NCBI GenBank assembly: GCA_965178125.1
Contig: OZ237738.1
Span: forward strand, 558,001-622,000
DNA from: Bilabrum cf. latius
Taxonomy: Eukaryota
Direction of reading: 5' to 3'
Length of the DNA stretch: 64,000 bases
Shown here in pieces: positions 27,401 through 40,375 of this stretch; positions within the stretch are counted from its first letter, which is position 1, and every line of letters starts with the position of its first letter. The notes beneath the pieces were generated by a model. That model saw only the letters and a list, made by a program, of their open reading frames with translations. It made no database searches and was not told where the DNA came from. Made by a program: the position numbers and the translations under genes.

Positions 27401-30400
27401 CGGCCGGACCCTTCGCCTTCTCTCCCGATTCATCTGCCTTAGATTCACCACTGGTAGCTTCATCGGCAGCAGGGGCAGCAGCAGGAGCTGCAGCCGACGG
27501 TTTACGGGCCTTCTTGGCTGGTGCAGGCACGCCCACGCCCGCAATCAGGGCCAACGCGGCATCCCGGGCATCCCCATCGCTGACGCTCGCGATGCCCCGG
27601 AGAAACACGCGCTGCACTGCCTCCAGCGAGAAGACGTAGAACGAGTGCACCCTGGACAGAGAGTTGAGCAGGAAGAAGAGGAGGGCGCCCCTCTGCGCCA
27701 CCGGACGGTACTGCTCGCTCACCGCGCTGATGCTCTTGTGCACCAGCGCAGCCTTCTTCATCTTGCCCTCGATTTCCACGGACAGGCGCTTGGCGTCCTC
27801 CAGTCCAGAGATGAGCTCTTCGTCCTCGCTGATGTCATCCCCTGCGTTGCTTAGGCGCACCAGAATGCGCTCCTCAAGCTCTGCCACCCGCACCTTGTAC
27901 GCATTGTTGGTCTCAACCAGCCGAGTGCGCCTGCGTGCCAGGTCCGCCCGCTCGACCTGCACCACGTTGGCGAGGAGCTGCTCCTCGAGGCCCTCCTGCG
28001 TGACGGTGAAATTCACCATGGTGGTCTCCGCCTGCACCTCGGGCGGATACTCCGGAGACAGCAGTTTCGTGTGCAAGTACAGCCGGAAGTCGTCGTGAAG
28101 CTCAGCCTCGATGGCACCCAGAGGAACGAGCCTGTGGTTGCCCCTGCGGATGGAGGTCCGGGAGACCAGTGGGCCTAGCACGGGCTCGATCGAATCGGGC
28201 ATGTTCTCGATCATGACGGGCGTACCGGCCTCGATCGCCACCCGGAGCGTGTCCAGAAGCTTTGGGTTGTCAGGCCGCATCGAGACGAGACCCCTCTTCT
28301 TCTCCTGCGCGTGCACCCAGCGGATGCCCTGAAGCTGAGGGTCAAGCAGAAGGGGCCATCGCTGCGTTGTGGTCACGATCGCGGCATTCTGCGCAGATAC
28401 GGGATCCATTGGCAACCCATGCCCATGATAGTCAGCCAGCTTCGCGTCGGTGATCAGGAACTGCATGGGGTCAGCAGCGGGTGCAAGGGGGAAGCCCACG
28501 AAGCCGTCATCCTTCTCCTCTTCCTTTGCAGCCTGCTCCCGTGCCGCGCGGCCTCGCCTGCTGCTGCCACCGCTTCCCTTGGCTGCCTTCTTGGAAGCCT
28601 TTCGTTGGATGGCTCCACGGAGGTACGGCACCCAGTCAGTTGCAAGCAGCTGCTTGCGAGAGATCGCATCGAATGGCCCAGCAAAACCGACGAAAGCAGC
28701 CGCGAGAAGAGCATCGCCAACAACCGTGGTGCCCTCAATGTTTCGCTGGCCAATCTGCTGCTCCCACCGTTCCTTCTCGTCTCCCAGGGCGCGGATCAGG
28801 CGCCTCGCTAGAGTTCTCCTCTTCTGAGCCACGTCCACGTCGTTCTAGGCTGCCTGCCTGGCTGCCTCCGCCTTGTCAAATCGGGCCCTGAGCCGATCCA
28901 GCGCCTCCTGCAAGGCGGCCACCTTGTCGTTCGCACTCTTCAGCTTCTCCTCTGCCTGCTCTAGGCGGCGGTTGGCTTCCTGCAGAGCCTCGCGCTTGGG
29001 CTGCACCACGCACAGGACGTCGTAGTACGAGACAACCGATCGCACCCAAGAGCACAGGTTGGCTGCCATGCCGTTTCGCCTCAGGATAGCGTCATAGTTG
29101 AAGTGCTTCAGCTCCAAGAACGGCCTGACCTCACGCCAGTTGAGCTCGGGCACCTGGAACTCGTCCACCTTGGTCTTGAAGGACGTGAGTGCATCGAGGA
29201 AGCCGTTCACGTCCTTTAGCAGCGCCCGCTTGGCGACCTCCCAGGACCGATGTTCAGCGCGCACGCGCCCGCTCTTCATCGTGGGAATCTCAGGCATGAC
29301 ACCCGCGAACAGAATCATCACCGCGATGAAGACATCCGCAACGCCAGGAGGCGTCCGCATCATTGTCCTGCACTCGGCAAGCTCTCGGCGGTTGAGCGTG
29401 GCCAGAGCCTCCTCAGCCTGGGCCAGAAGCGGCTCTGCCTTCTCTAAGTCCTTCTCAGTGTCCTTCTGCTTCTGCAAGATTTCCTTTCGGATCTCTCCAC
29501 ACTTTTCCTGCTCGACCTGCGCCAGCTGCGTCTCATGCTCCACATGCCCCTTCTCCTTTGCGACCTGCTCGGCGATTACGTCAGCGGCCTCCTTGGCCTC
29601 CTCTGCGTTCTCAAGGAGGTCCTTGATCTCGCTCTCGATGCGCGCAACTTCCTCCCCGGTGCTCGCAAGGCGCTTTACGCCCTTGTCGAGCCGTCCAACG
29701 GCACCGCTGATCTCGGCGCGCTTCTGCTGCAGCAGGTGCAGGTAGAGGCGGACAAACTCCAGGAAGCTCTTGGGCGTGACGTGCACCGTGACGCCGCTGC
29801 GGGTCTTGAACCTGCGCGCCTCGCTCCCCACCCGCTCGAAAGCGTACGGCAGGAAGTGCTCCACGGCTGCCCGCACATCGTCCTCACCCAGCTCTGGAAT
29901 CGTGCTGAGGAAGCGCCGCCCGACGCTGAGCAGAGCGTCCTTGGGCCAAGCCATGAACCAGTCGATGGTTGCGCAGTTGACCAGGGCAGGGAAGCGCAGG
30001 GCCCTCGACCTGAAAGTGCTGCCCACCGGACTGGTGCAGAAGACCACGTGCATGTTGCGCTTGGTCTGCTGTCGGTAGTAGCTCCAGCAGCTCTCCCTGT
30101 CGGTGGGCAGCCCGGCAGCTTTTGCCTTGCCCGACACCTCGTTCACGATCGTGTCCTTGTCTTCCGGGGTGTACAGCTCTGGGACGTAGCCCGATGCCAT
30201 CAGGTCGTTGATGTGCACCAGCATCTGCTCGTGCACGATGTTGCTGTCGCGCAGCAGCAGCATGACCTGCTCGTCCTTCACACCGGCCTTGTAACACATG
30301 GACTTGAGCTCGTCACGGAAGTCCGTCATCGTGTACTGCGCACTGACCTGCAGCGTCTGCACCGACAGCTCGCACACGTGCGCGGCAAGCCGAGCCAGCG

Positions 30401-33400
30401 ACTGCTTTCCGCTGCCACCGACGCCCACCAGGAGCGCGTGCCCGCCCGGGCTCATGAGCACGCGGCTGATTCGCGCCACGTGGGCCACGGCGTCATGGAA
30501 GAGCACCAGCTCCATGGTGGCGTGCGATTCGTTGTACTCCCGGAGAGCGGCATTGAGGATGGCCTGCAGCCGCTCCATGCTGGTGGCCTCTTCATAGGTG
30601 CGGTCGTGTGCCGACTCGGCAAAGTGGCAGAACACCAGCGGGTCCGGGTTGCTCTCGCTATAGTACCCAGCCAGAGGCACTTGGGGGAACCTCTTCTTGG
30701 CTTGGGTGTGCGCAAGCTGCTTGAGCTTGGCGACGTGGTCCTGCGACACGAGCCTGTCCCCGTATACCCTCTCGGACTCGTGCAGCCAGAGACGGACCAC
30801 CTTCCCGGCGTCCCTAAACTGCGCGGGCTGTGCGCCGAGGAGACCTTGGAAGACCGAAGCGAGGTGCCGGATGTTGAACTCGTAGTGGAAGTTCTGGGCA
30901 GACTTGCGGAACGCTGCCGCCACGGAGCTGTGCAAACCCAGGGCGCCGTTGAGCAGATTGCTGCAAATCTCCTGCACCTCCGTCGGGAACCTCCCGTCAA
31001 AGTGCCCGTCCAGGATCGTCTGGAAAATGGTAAGCAGCGACAAAGCGCCGGGAAAGCCCACAGCAAAGGTTGCAAAGTGCCTCTGCATCCTCGGGTTCAC
31101 CAAGAAGGAGCCCGCCGTGGGGTTCATGGCAGCAACCATGTGCACGTCGACGATCTCCTGCTCAACCAGCTTCTGGCGATGGTAGAAGTGCTTGTAGTCC
31201 ATGATCTGCCGCAGGAGAGCCACGGCGGACTGCGTCTCGTACTCGTCCAGCCTAGGCAGGTTCAGGTCATCTAGGAAGATGGCCATCTCGGCATTGCCGG
31301 GGGGTCCGAGCACGGTGCCTGTCTTGCTCTCAAGCACGCTCTCAAGGGAGCCGTTCAGCGCCTCGCTATCGGTAAAATAGTTGAAGTTGATTGTTGTGCT
31401 TGCAAACGCGCGCTCCTCATCGTTGCCCTTGCCTTCTTCGTCTGCGGCCTCGCGCTCGCCGTCCTCATCGCCATCCCCGCTGCCCGCGGGGGGCTGCCAA
31501 TGGCTCTTCCACCCCACGCGGGAGTCATTAGCCAGCGTCTTGAGCAGCCCAGTGATGACCTGGGACTTGCCGGTACCCGAGTGGCCTACGAGCATGACCG
31601 GCCTCTGCTTCTCCATCAGCATGCGCGCCCAGAACTCGAGCGCGCACGTCTCCGGAGTGGGCACCGTGATGCTGCCGATGCTCATGGTCTGAGAATCGAA
31701 CGTTACGGAGTGGAACAGCGGAGAGTCCTTCCACTGGTCGTACTTGCCCGTGCGGGGATTCAGCCAATAGTCGAACACTGTCTCGCGCGAAGCAAAATGC
31801 ACCGCCTTGAAAGTGGACCGGAACCAGTCGGAGAATCGCCTGCGCCAGTCGATGCCGTCTTTCTCGGCGAGAGTCGAGCCGAACGCCCACACAGCGGCGA
31901 AGACAAAGACCTTTTCCAGCTGCTCCATTTCGTTCTGGTCGAGCTGGGTCTTGCTGCCAGACTTCACACGGCCCTCCACGACCTGCGCCAGGTCTCGGTA
32001 AGGCATGTAGATTCGCTTGCGCTCGTCACGCGCACCGCCTTGCTTGCCGCCCTCTTCATCCTACTTCTCTTCATCGTCCTCGTCACCATCTCGCCCGTTA
32101 TCTGCCTTGGAGGCATCTTCCTCCTCCTCGACATCTGGATAGGCAGCGCCCGGCACAGGCAGCAGCTGATCGAGATAGAACAGGAACGTCTGCAGCATGG
32201 CAGTCTCGGGCAAGGGCACGAGCGGCTGGTACTCCTTGGCGTACTGATCCAGCAGCGCGGGCACATACTACTCGATCAGCTCGAGAAGGCCGTCCTTGAT
32301 CGGCTCAGGCAGCTTGCTTCTCTGCACGAAGGACACGACGATGTTACGCCACTGGGATCCTCCATCGGAGGACAGGAACATGATCCCGGCTCGACTGACG
32401 GTGGCAGGCGAGGCGTACTTGAGATCCCTGATCTCAAAAAGCATGCGCATGTTGTCCTTCAGTGGGATCCGCTCGTTGTTGGGCAGCGTGAGCATCTTGT
32501 TGTCGTCCATCACAGAGTTCATCGATTCGATCCAGTTGGCGTCGAGGTCCCCGTCGAGCACGATCCACCTCGGGTCGTGTCCCGCCATGTCACCGAGCGT
32601 GCGCATGGTGTGGCCCATGAGCCCGTCGTGCCACTCCTTTGTCTGCATGTTGGTGTAGCCGTAGAGCTCCTTGGGACTGAGTGCCTTCGGGTTCAGGTCT
32701 CGGACAGTCGTGGGGCGTCCCAGCTTGCTGCGAGCACGGGCCAGCACCTTCCAGGTGGATGACTTGCCAGCGCCAGCCGCGGCCGACATGACAAACACAG
32801 AGTGACGGATGCCCAGAAGCTCTTCTAGCTGCACCGCCTTGAGGATGAACTCGGGGGCCGGGTTGAGTCCCAGCTCTTCGGCAGCCTCAATGCACGCAGT
32901 TTCCACGTCCTTGTCGGTACGACGCACCGGCTCCACTCCTGGGAACAAATCGCCCAGGAGGCCGTGAAACACGTGCTCGTCCTGCCTGACAATCTTGGGC
33001 TGGTTGAAATCGCGCAGTGCCCTCATGAGGATGTCGTGCTCGGGCAACTCGGGCTCGGCGCGCTTAAAGCCGCCGGCCACCACGAGCACTGACTTGACGG
33101 CACGCAGGCCCCAGTCGTAGTGCAGCTGCTTGGACAGCAGCTCACGAAGCAGCGAGTACAGCCCATAGAACTTCCTTGCCAGCACAGTGGCCTCCTCGAA
33201 GCCCTCAGCCATGAGCATGTTCTCGCAGATGAGCACCAGGTCGGGCACCATCACGGTGATGGGCCGGAACAGGGCCTTGAGTCCCTCTGGGAGCTCCGAG
33301 CGTCCCAAGTACCCCGGGTTCATGGTGATGAACGCACCGGAGGTGCCATCAAGCCCCACCTTGTCCCCTTCGATAACAACCTCGTCGTCTCCGCGCCGCA

Positions 33401-36400
33401 TGCCCTCGCACAGGCTGCGGAACTGATCAGAGCACACACTCAGCGTGGCAGGAATCAGGCGGTTAAACTCATCGAAACAGCCCCAGGCGCCAGACGCTCC
33501 GAGGCCCTTGAAGATGTTTGCCATACCCTTGTAGTTCAGCTCGGGACCGCAGTTAAAGACATACACTGCCTTGCCCAGCTGCGAGCCCAGGTCCTTTGTG
33601 GTCTCGGTCTTGCCGGTGCCAGCTGGCCCCGCGGGTGCGCAGCCCATGTGCAGGTTGAGCGCCTGCGTGGCGGTCACGTAGATCCGATCCGTGAGCGGTG
33701 TGATGACCAGCCGAGAGCCGTTGCCAAGGTACTCATTGGCGTACACAAAGCCTGCCGATAGGATGTTTGTTCGCACGAACATTTGCGCAGCGCCAGCCAG
33801 CCCGCCACGCCTGCGCACCAGATTGCGGGCGTCCTCGGAAGGCTCGTCACTGAGCCTGCAGAGCCTGGGCTTCAGCTGCGATTGCCATTGGAAGGAGGTC
33901 TCAGTGAGCACCTTCTTGTCAATGAGCTGGCGAATGATGTCCCTGCCGTGCGCATCCATGGTGATCATCACCATCACGCGCTGGCGGTCGCCCTTGCTGA
34001 GCTTCGTCCTTGTGAGTCGGATCAGGTCCCTCAGCTCCTCTTCCTACCTGCTGTTGTAGGCCTGGAGGGCCTCTACAGTGCCCTGCTTCAGCGCGGCCTC
34101 GGCCTCCTCCGTGTGACGAGCGCCTGCGACAAGGACAGCGACCTATGCGGGATCCGCCGGTCCGTCGGAGCTCGCGCCCTCACCCCGACGCATGAGCCAG
34201 GCGGTGCGGCCGGCACTTCCTTCTCCTCCGGACATGTGGTGCTCGAGCGCTCGATGCGACACTTCAAGAGCCATCGACAGTGCCTGCCTCTGGCCAGACA
34301 GCAGTGCGGCGAGATACTCCTCCACCTTGCCTACCAGGGGTACAGGGGATGAAAACCGCATCGTCTCCACGCCGACGCTGGCGGTGCACGAGATTGCCTT
34401 GGGTCGGGTTGCTTCTGAGCCGCCTTCATCCTCGTCACCGCCTGCATTGCGCACGGCGTCTGCGTCCGGCTCCACCAGATCCAGGCTCCGAGTTGCGAGG
34501 AGCACCTTAGGCACGTGCTTCATGATGCTGGAGGGGTTGGTCCCGTTGGACAGGATGTCCAGGAGATCCACCTCGCTGACGAAGTAGAAGCGGGGGAACT
34601 TGCGCCGCTTCTGCTCGAGAAAGTTGGCGAGGGCTTTCCTGCAGATCTCAAGCCCCTTGTGCTGCTCCTCGAGGCTCTTTGAGAGCCCCTCAGCGTTGCA
34701 GAATTTGAGGGCGTTACGGGTCTGCACTGCGTCGCGCAGGATGCTGCGCACGACGTCGTCGATGCCTCTGAATCTCTCTGCGTCCTCGGGTAGCTCCCGC
34801 TGGCATTCTTTGCTGTGCATGAACAGGGGCTCGAGATACCTCCAGAGGCGCTGCACTTCGGCCAGCGTCTCGGACACGTCAGCGATCTTGCCCAGCTTGT
34901 CCTGCCAGTCCTCAATCTCGCCACCGAAGCTATCGCGGAACCGGGAACCAGCCATTGCCTGCACCGCGAGCTGATCGCTCTCAAGCGCCTCGACGTCGTC
35001 TGCTTCCATGTGCACGAAGGTCACGCCGCCCTTGTACTCCTCCAGCTCAAAGCACACGCCCGGACTCGGCTTGCTACCGTCGTCGCCACGGGGTGTCACC
35101 TGGTACGCCTCGTCCTCACCGGCAGCCGCTGCGGCTGGTGCTGGTGCCGCCGCCGGTGCAGGGGCAGGCGCAGCTTCGGTCGGCTCTACAGCGTCATTTT
35201 CGGGCACAAACTTGACAGCGCAGGATAGCTTGCCGGCCGGCTCGCCGCCCCTGGTCAGGTCCAGAGTCATGGCCCTGAAGTCTTTGTCGACAGGCACCGA
35301 GTCCTCGCTGCGGAGCTCGTTCAGCTTCCAATACGTGCCGCACATCTCGTCGTTGGACGTGATGCCGTCGTGATCCATGACCAGCACGCGGAGGCTGCTG
35401 ACGCTCACGTCCTGCACGGGCACCTCGAACTGAGGTGCGACCTCGCTGCCCTCCTCGGCCCACACTGGATCCTGAGAGTTGTCGCGCCTGTCTGAATTGG
35501 CCCACGGGCAGTCCTTCTCGTTGATCGTGAACTTGACGTACGGGTCTGACTGGCCGATCAGGTCCGTCTTTGGAAGCCCAGAGGCGCTGTACAGCCGGAT
35601 CACGAGCGTTCCGTTCTTGGAGGCTGGGGCGCCCGGGACGGCTGGTGTTGCAGGAGCAGTCTCAGCGGACACATCGGCCGCGGGGTCAGAGGGGGATGCA
35701 TCCTCGTGGTCCGACACTCCCGCTCCAGAGGCTGCGGGCGGCTGCGACTGCTGCACGCCGGCCCCAGCATCCGCCTCTTCCTCCTCTGCCTTCCTCCGCT
35801 TCTCGGCGAGCTGCTCACCGCCCTCGACGTACACCTCAAGCAGACGCTCCAGGGTCTTCTCCATGCGGCTCTCTTTCACGGCCTGGTCCGTGATGTCCTC
35901 CACGTCAGCGGAAAATTGGTGCAGGTTGAGGGCGAGCAGACCCGACAGTCGCAGGTCGGGGTCGTCTGGGGGCGGTACAAAGTTCTTCCCGGTTGCATCG
36001 CGCAGCAGGTGCCAGTGCCTCCTCCGCATGGCTCGGTGGCGAAGCGCGGCGATCAGAGGGCACGCCTGCAGGAAGTTTCTCAGCTGCTTTTGCAAACCGT
36101 TGTACGCGTCGCTCCAACGTACCTCGGTCGAAATCTCCTGAGCACACCGCCTGAGGTACCCCTTGGAAGTCTCCTCCAGCACGTCAGGATCAACATCCCG
36201 CCAGAAAAGCTGCCTGCTCTTCTCGTCGAACTGGAGCACCTCCTCCGCAAGAGTCCAAAGGTCTTCCATCTGCTCGAGCTCGTCGTTTACCGACTGCATC
36301 GCAGTGAGGCTCTTCCGGACAGCCTCTGCGTGGTCGAACATAAACGCTAGGTGCTGCTTCTCCCTCGCCTCGCGCCATGCCTCATCGTGCCTGTCGGCAG

Positions 36401-39400
36401 CCTGCTCTAAGGACACCCGGGCATCGTCCACGCCCGTGGAAAATGTCCAGAAAGGCAGCTTGTGAAAGGCCTCGATGTACTTCTCCACCTTTCGGTCGTA
36501 GTCCTGGATGACGTGCCTCGTGGGGGCGCCGTGCCTCCGCACCAGCGGGAGCAGCGCGCCCTTCGTGATGGGCACCTGGTCGTGCACCTGCTGCCAGATC
36601 GCCTCGACCTCGTCAACGCGCTGCGCCACGCCGGCCAGCTCGTCCTTCTTACGCCTGCGAGCGCCGTACATGCCGCCCGCAGCGCCACCCGAGCCGCGCC
36701 CCCCAGATGCCGAGGCGCTAGCGACGGAGCTGCGGCGCCGCTCTCTGCCTGTCTTGCGCAGCGCGATCGAAGCTCGGATCCTTTCGAGGGCAACTCGCAC
36801 CTCTGGGTCGCGCTGCTCGACCGAAAGGAGGTGCTCCTTGACGCGAAGCAAGGCCTCAAGAGAGTCCTCCGGCACGTCTTCCTTCAATCCAGCCAGCGTG
36901 CGCTTCGCGAAGAGGTGCACCTGCTCCACGTCCCGCAGCACGGCATCAGCCAGCAGAGGACCGTCCATGAGGTTGGCCTGCGGCAAAGCGGTGGAAGAGA
37001 AGGTCGCCTGGAATGGCGACCCCTGCACCGTGCCTGCGTTTCCGTCGAAGCTGCCCCGGAAGTCAATGGACACGGTGTAGCGGCCGGGTCCGGTGGGAGC
37101 GTACGTGACATGGTAACTGCCGTCGCCGCGATCCTTGAGCTCGTAGGGAACAACCTTCCCCAAGCTGTCGGAGGCGCCAAATCCCGCACCGCTCCTTGAA
37201 CGCCGGAGCGACGTGCGTCCCCCCTTGCCTGCGTCTGTGACCGCACCGCCCGTGTCCCTTCGGGGCGTCGCGAGCTGGCCCAGCCCGCGCTGCACAGCGC
37301 TCGTGGGACGATCCCTCCCCGGGGGATCTTCCCGCTGTGGCACCGCGGTGAAGGTGGCCCCCGCAGCCTGCAGGGTCTCGGCATCGGGGTCGAAGCCACC
37401 GTCTTCCCCGTCCTTGCTCTCTGCCGTCCCGCCCACCGCTTCAAGGGCCGCTGCCACCTGCTCGTCGTCGTCCGGGGCAACAGAGGATGCAGTCCGCGGC
37501 ACGTCTCCGTCGCACTTGTCTTCCGTGCCGGGCGCAGGACCACGTACGGTGATCTTGAACTCGTCCCCTCCGGTGGTACGCCTGCGACCCTTCTTATCGC
37601 ACGCAACCAGTAGGAACGTGGTCTTGTTGCGAGTGCTGCCCTCCAAGGCATATCCTCCTCGCAGCACGCCAGGTCCCAGCACGATGCAGTGCGCCGAGTC
37701 CGTGACGGAATGGAACTCAAAGCGCTGGTACGTGGTCGTGAAGGCCAGACCGTCGATGCTCACGCGTACCTCGTAGAGGCCGGCACCGAGCCGCTGCAGG
37801 TTGGGGCTGTCACACACCACCTCTGTGGGTGACACCCAAGTGCCGCGAACGTCCTCATAGGGCCCCTGCTTGTTCTTCTTGGAGGCACCTTCGCCTCCTC
37901 CCACGCTTCTCCGCCGCATGCCCACCTTGAAGGAAGGCTGGGACTGCTCCTTGGCCTCACGCTCGGCCTCCTCAGCCTCTTTTACCCTCCGCTCCTCATT
38001 GGTTGGCGGCAGCACGTCTGGCACCGACCACACGTCAGGGGAGGGCAGCGCAACGGACGCCGCAGAACCTTCCTCCTCGGAGCTCTTGCTCTCTGCGCCA
38101 GCGCCCGAGGACGCCTGGTCCCCATGCGGTGTGCCGACAGACGCACCCGGAGTTCCCGAATCAGCCACGAGTGCGAAGCGAACCACGATCTTGTCGGATC
38201 GGCGCAGCTGGACACCAGAGATTGTCACGTGGGTGCCTCCAGTCACCGGCCCGCGCTGCGGCTCGACCGCGGTGACGGCGTACGGCGGTCCCACGACTGC
38301 GCCCACATCCAAGGCCTTCACATCCCCGAGCCAGCGCCCGTTCCAGCCCCCAAACACGAGAAGCCTCGAGGCCTCCGCGTCAAAGGCCAGGGCAGTGTCC
38401 TGCCTCGCAGTGGGCGTGGACCCCGTGATTGATGGCTGGATCCAGCGCCGCGTGGACGTATCCATGAGCAAGAGCTTGCTAGAGTAGGCGCCGGAGACGC
38501 TCCCACGCTGCCCGCCGCCGCCCCCGTCCTCATCCTCGTCATCACCCTCCCGCTCGCTGCTGCTGCCCCCGAACACAAACATCCTAGAGTACGGGACGGA
38601 GGGCACGGCCACCATGGAGTGGCTCCAGCGAGCGTTGGGCAGGGCGCTGTCAGGATCCACCTGGGTCCAAGTCAGGGTATCGACAGTCAGAACGCTCACA
38701 TCCCTGAGCTGGTTGGAGGCATTCCAGCCGCCGCAAATGAAGAGCTGCCCGTCAACAAAAGCAGCCGAGTGGGCGCTTCTAGGCTCGGGTGCCCTCCCCT
38801 TCGGTTCTAGCTTGGTCCAGTCCCAGTCTGCCACATTCAGAGCATATAAATCATTCGAGTCTCGGCGACTGAAGCCCTTACCGCCGTATCCGCCGAAGAG
38901 GAGGATAACCTCCTCGTTGATGGCGGTGCTGGAGTGCCCACCTCGCGGCGTGGGCGTGTTTTGGAGGATGGCCGCGAGGTCCGCGCCCCCCGGCTGCTCG
39001 CTGTCGCCCTTGCCGTCAGCGCTGCCGAGCAGGGCCGCAACTGCGTGCGAGCGCCCGGCTGCGGGCACGTGGTTGCCCAGCTAGTCGAAGACATAGGCGT
39101 CAGGAATCGGATGGCTCCATTGCAGTGACGCCTGCGGTGATTGCTCGTTTGGGGCAGCGATATAGAGACAATGGCTATGGTGCAGTCTGGCTGTATCGTA
39201 GCAACAGCAGTGCGTGTAGAGAAGAAGACTTACCGTATCCAGCACCCAAACGTCGCTCATTCGAGCCATTGAGCTGAAATTTCCTCCGATTACCACAATC
39301 TTATCCTGATCCATGACTGTTGCAGTGTGGCCGTATCTTGCTCGCGGAGTGCCATCGTGTCCGCCGGTCCGGACCTTCACCCAGCGCCAGGGCTGGTCAT

Positions 39401-39784
39401 CCCCCGAGTTTCCCATGGAGAGTTGATGCACAGATGATGTAGGTCCAGGGGGTAGCCCATCATCAAGCCCAAATAGCAAAAAAGCGCTGCTCCCGCTCCT
39501 AGATTTCACTACAGAAAGCGTATGCCCTGATCGCTGCCCGGGCAAGGCTGCGGCATCACCTTGGACCTCGGGTTCAAACCACTTCAGCACACCACTAGTG
39601 TCTTGCTGCGGAACGTTGTGGTTGTTGATAGTTGTCGTGGTGCAGCTCGATATCAAAGTAGCCCAACAGCTCTGGATCAATCTTGAATACGCAACAATAT
39701 AGGAGCAACACTCACCATAACCTCTTGTTCATCAGAGTGTTTAGATTCATCATACTAGTCTGCCTGGCCGGTCGCAGCCGACAT
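24414..39784 (-). CDS. Axonemal outer-arm dynein heavy chain, kelch-containing type (Chlamydomonas alpha-HC/ODA11-like), about 5050 aa, 3 exons
   Basis: Exons 39784-39716, 39605-39234 and 39131-24414. N-terminal kelch repeats, then GPPYAV..GPVTGGT (IPT-like) and a filamin-type Ig segment. Motor motifs are FPRFYFVS, AAA1 GPAGTGKTET/CFDEFNR, HYDWGLR, WIESMNSVMDDNK, AAA3 GHSGTGKS, AAA4 GVGGSGKQS, RWPLLLDPQLQG, WVFLQNIHL and EIMYGGHITD. Seven in-frame TAG (39755, 39081, 34143, 34044, 32268, 32061, 28845). Stop is TGA 24414-24416. Confidence 0.95.
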
Positions 39785-39848
39785 GGTTTCTAGCGGCAAT
39801 ACGCCAGCAATACTTGTTGCAGCGATTGACCGTTGCGCTAGACCTCGC

Positions 39849-39880
39849 TTGCGACCACCTTGATTGCAGTGGTCGCAACC
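39849..39880. promoter_or_regulatory. Perfect 10-bp inverted repeat TTGCGACCAC-N10-GTGGTCGCAA upstream of the dynein start; candidate cis-element
   Basis: Arms at 39849-39858 and 39869-39878, 65-94 bp upstream of ATG 39784. The same 13-mer recurs upstream of the kinesin gene. Function is inferred. Confidence 0.4.
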
Positions 39881-40375
39881 AAGGACTCTGGTTTATCATC
39901 TGTCAGCACGCAACAATTTTCGATTTGCCGGCTGGGCGCTCTGCAGTGTTTGCCACGGCTAGGAATAGCTTGTGATGCTTATCAAGCTGTTTATAACCCA
40001 CTATTCACATCCTGGGTTCAGTGCACTCAGTGCTGGCGGTTTAGGCTAGCATGCATTTTGACTGGGATTCGTGTAAGCTCGGGCGACTCGAGCGAGTTGA
40101 ACGACACGATCTGAAAAAAGTGATGAGATGCAAGTACCACTGCGGTGACTGGCAGGAGCAAGAGCAGACTGAAACAGCGTGCCCCAGCCACTATCGTGGT
40201 CATCATCGACGGTTGGGGCTGCAACTGCAGCGCACGCTAGTAGTAAAACGAGCAGGTTCGACGCGGACAATTAGATTGAGTCAGCCGGTGCGTCCGACCA
40301 TACCATCGCATGCAACCCCTTTGGTTTCTTGTTTCATTGCATCTGCGATAAACGTACCGCACATGGCGTCGCAGA

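Noticed and set aside
24820-39084. Long plus-strand ORFs antisense to dynein (for example 29535-31274 and 31500-32762) and similar shadow ORFs elsewhere
   Set aside because: These are expected shadows of GC3-rich coding sequence. They have no recognisable domains and fully overlap a conserved gene.
40240-40280. GGTTCGA as a possible tRNA T-loop (looking for a suppressor tRNA-CUA)
   Set aside because: There is no pairing T-stem or cloverleaf around it. I found no tRNA gene in the window.
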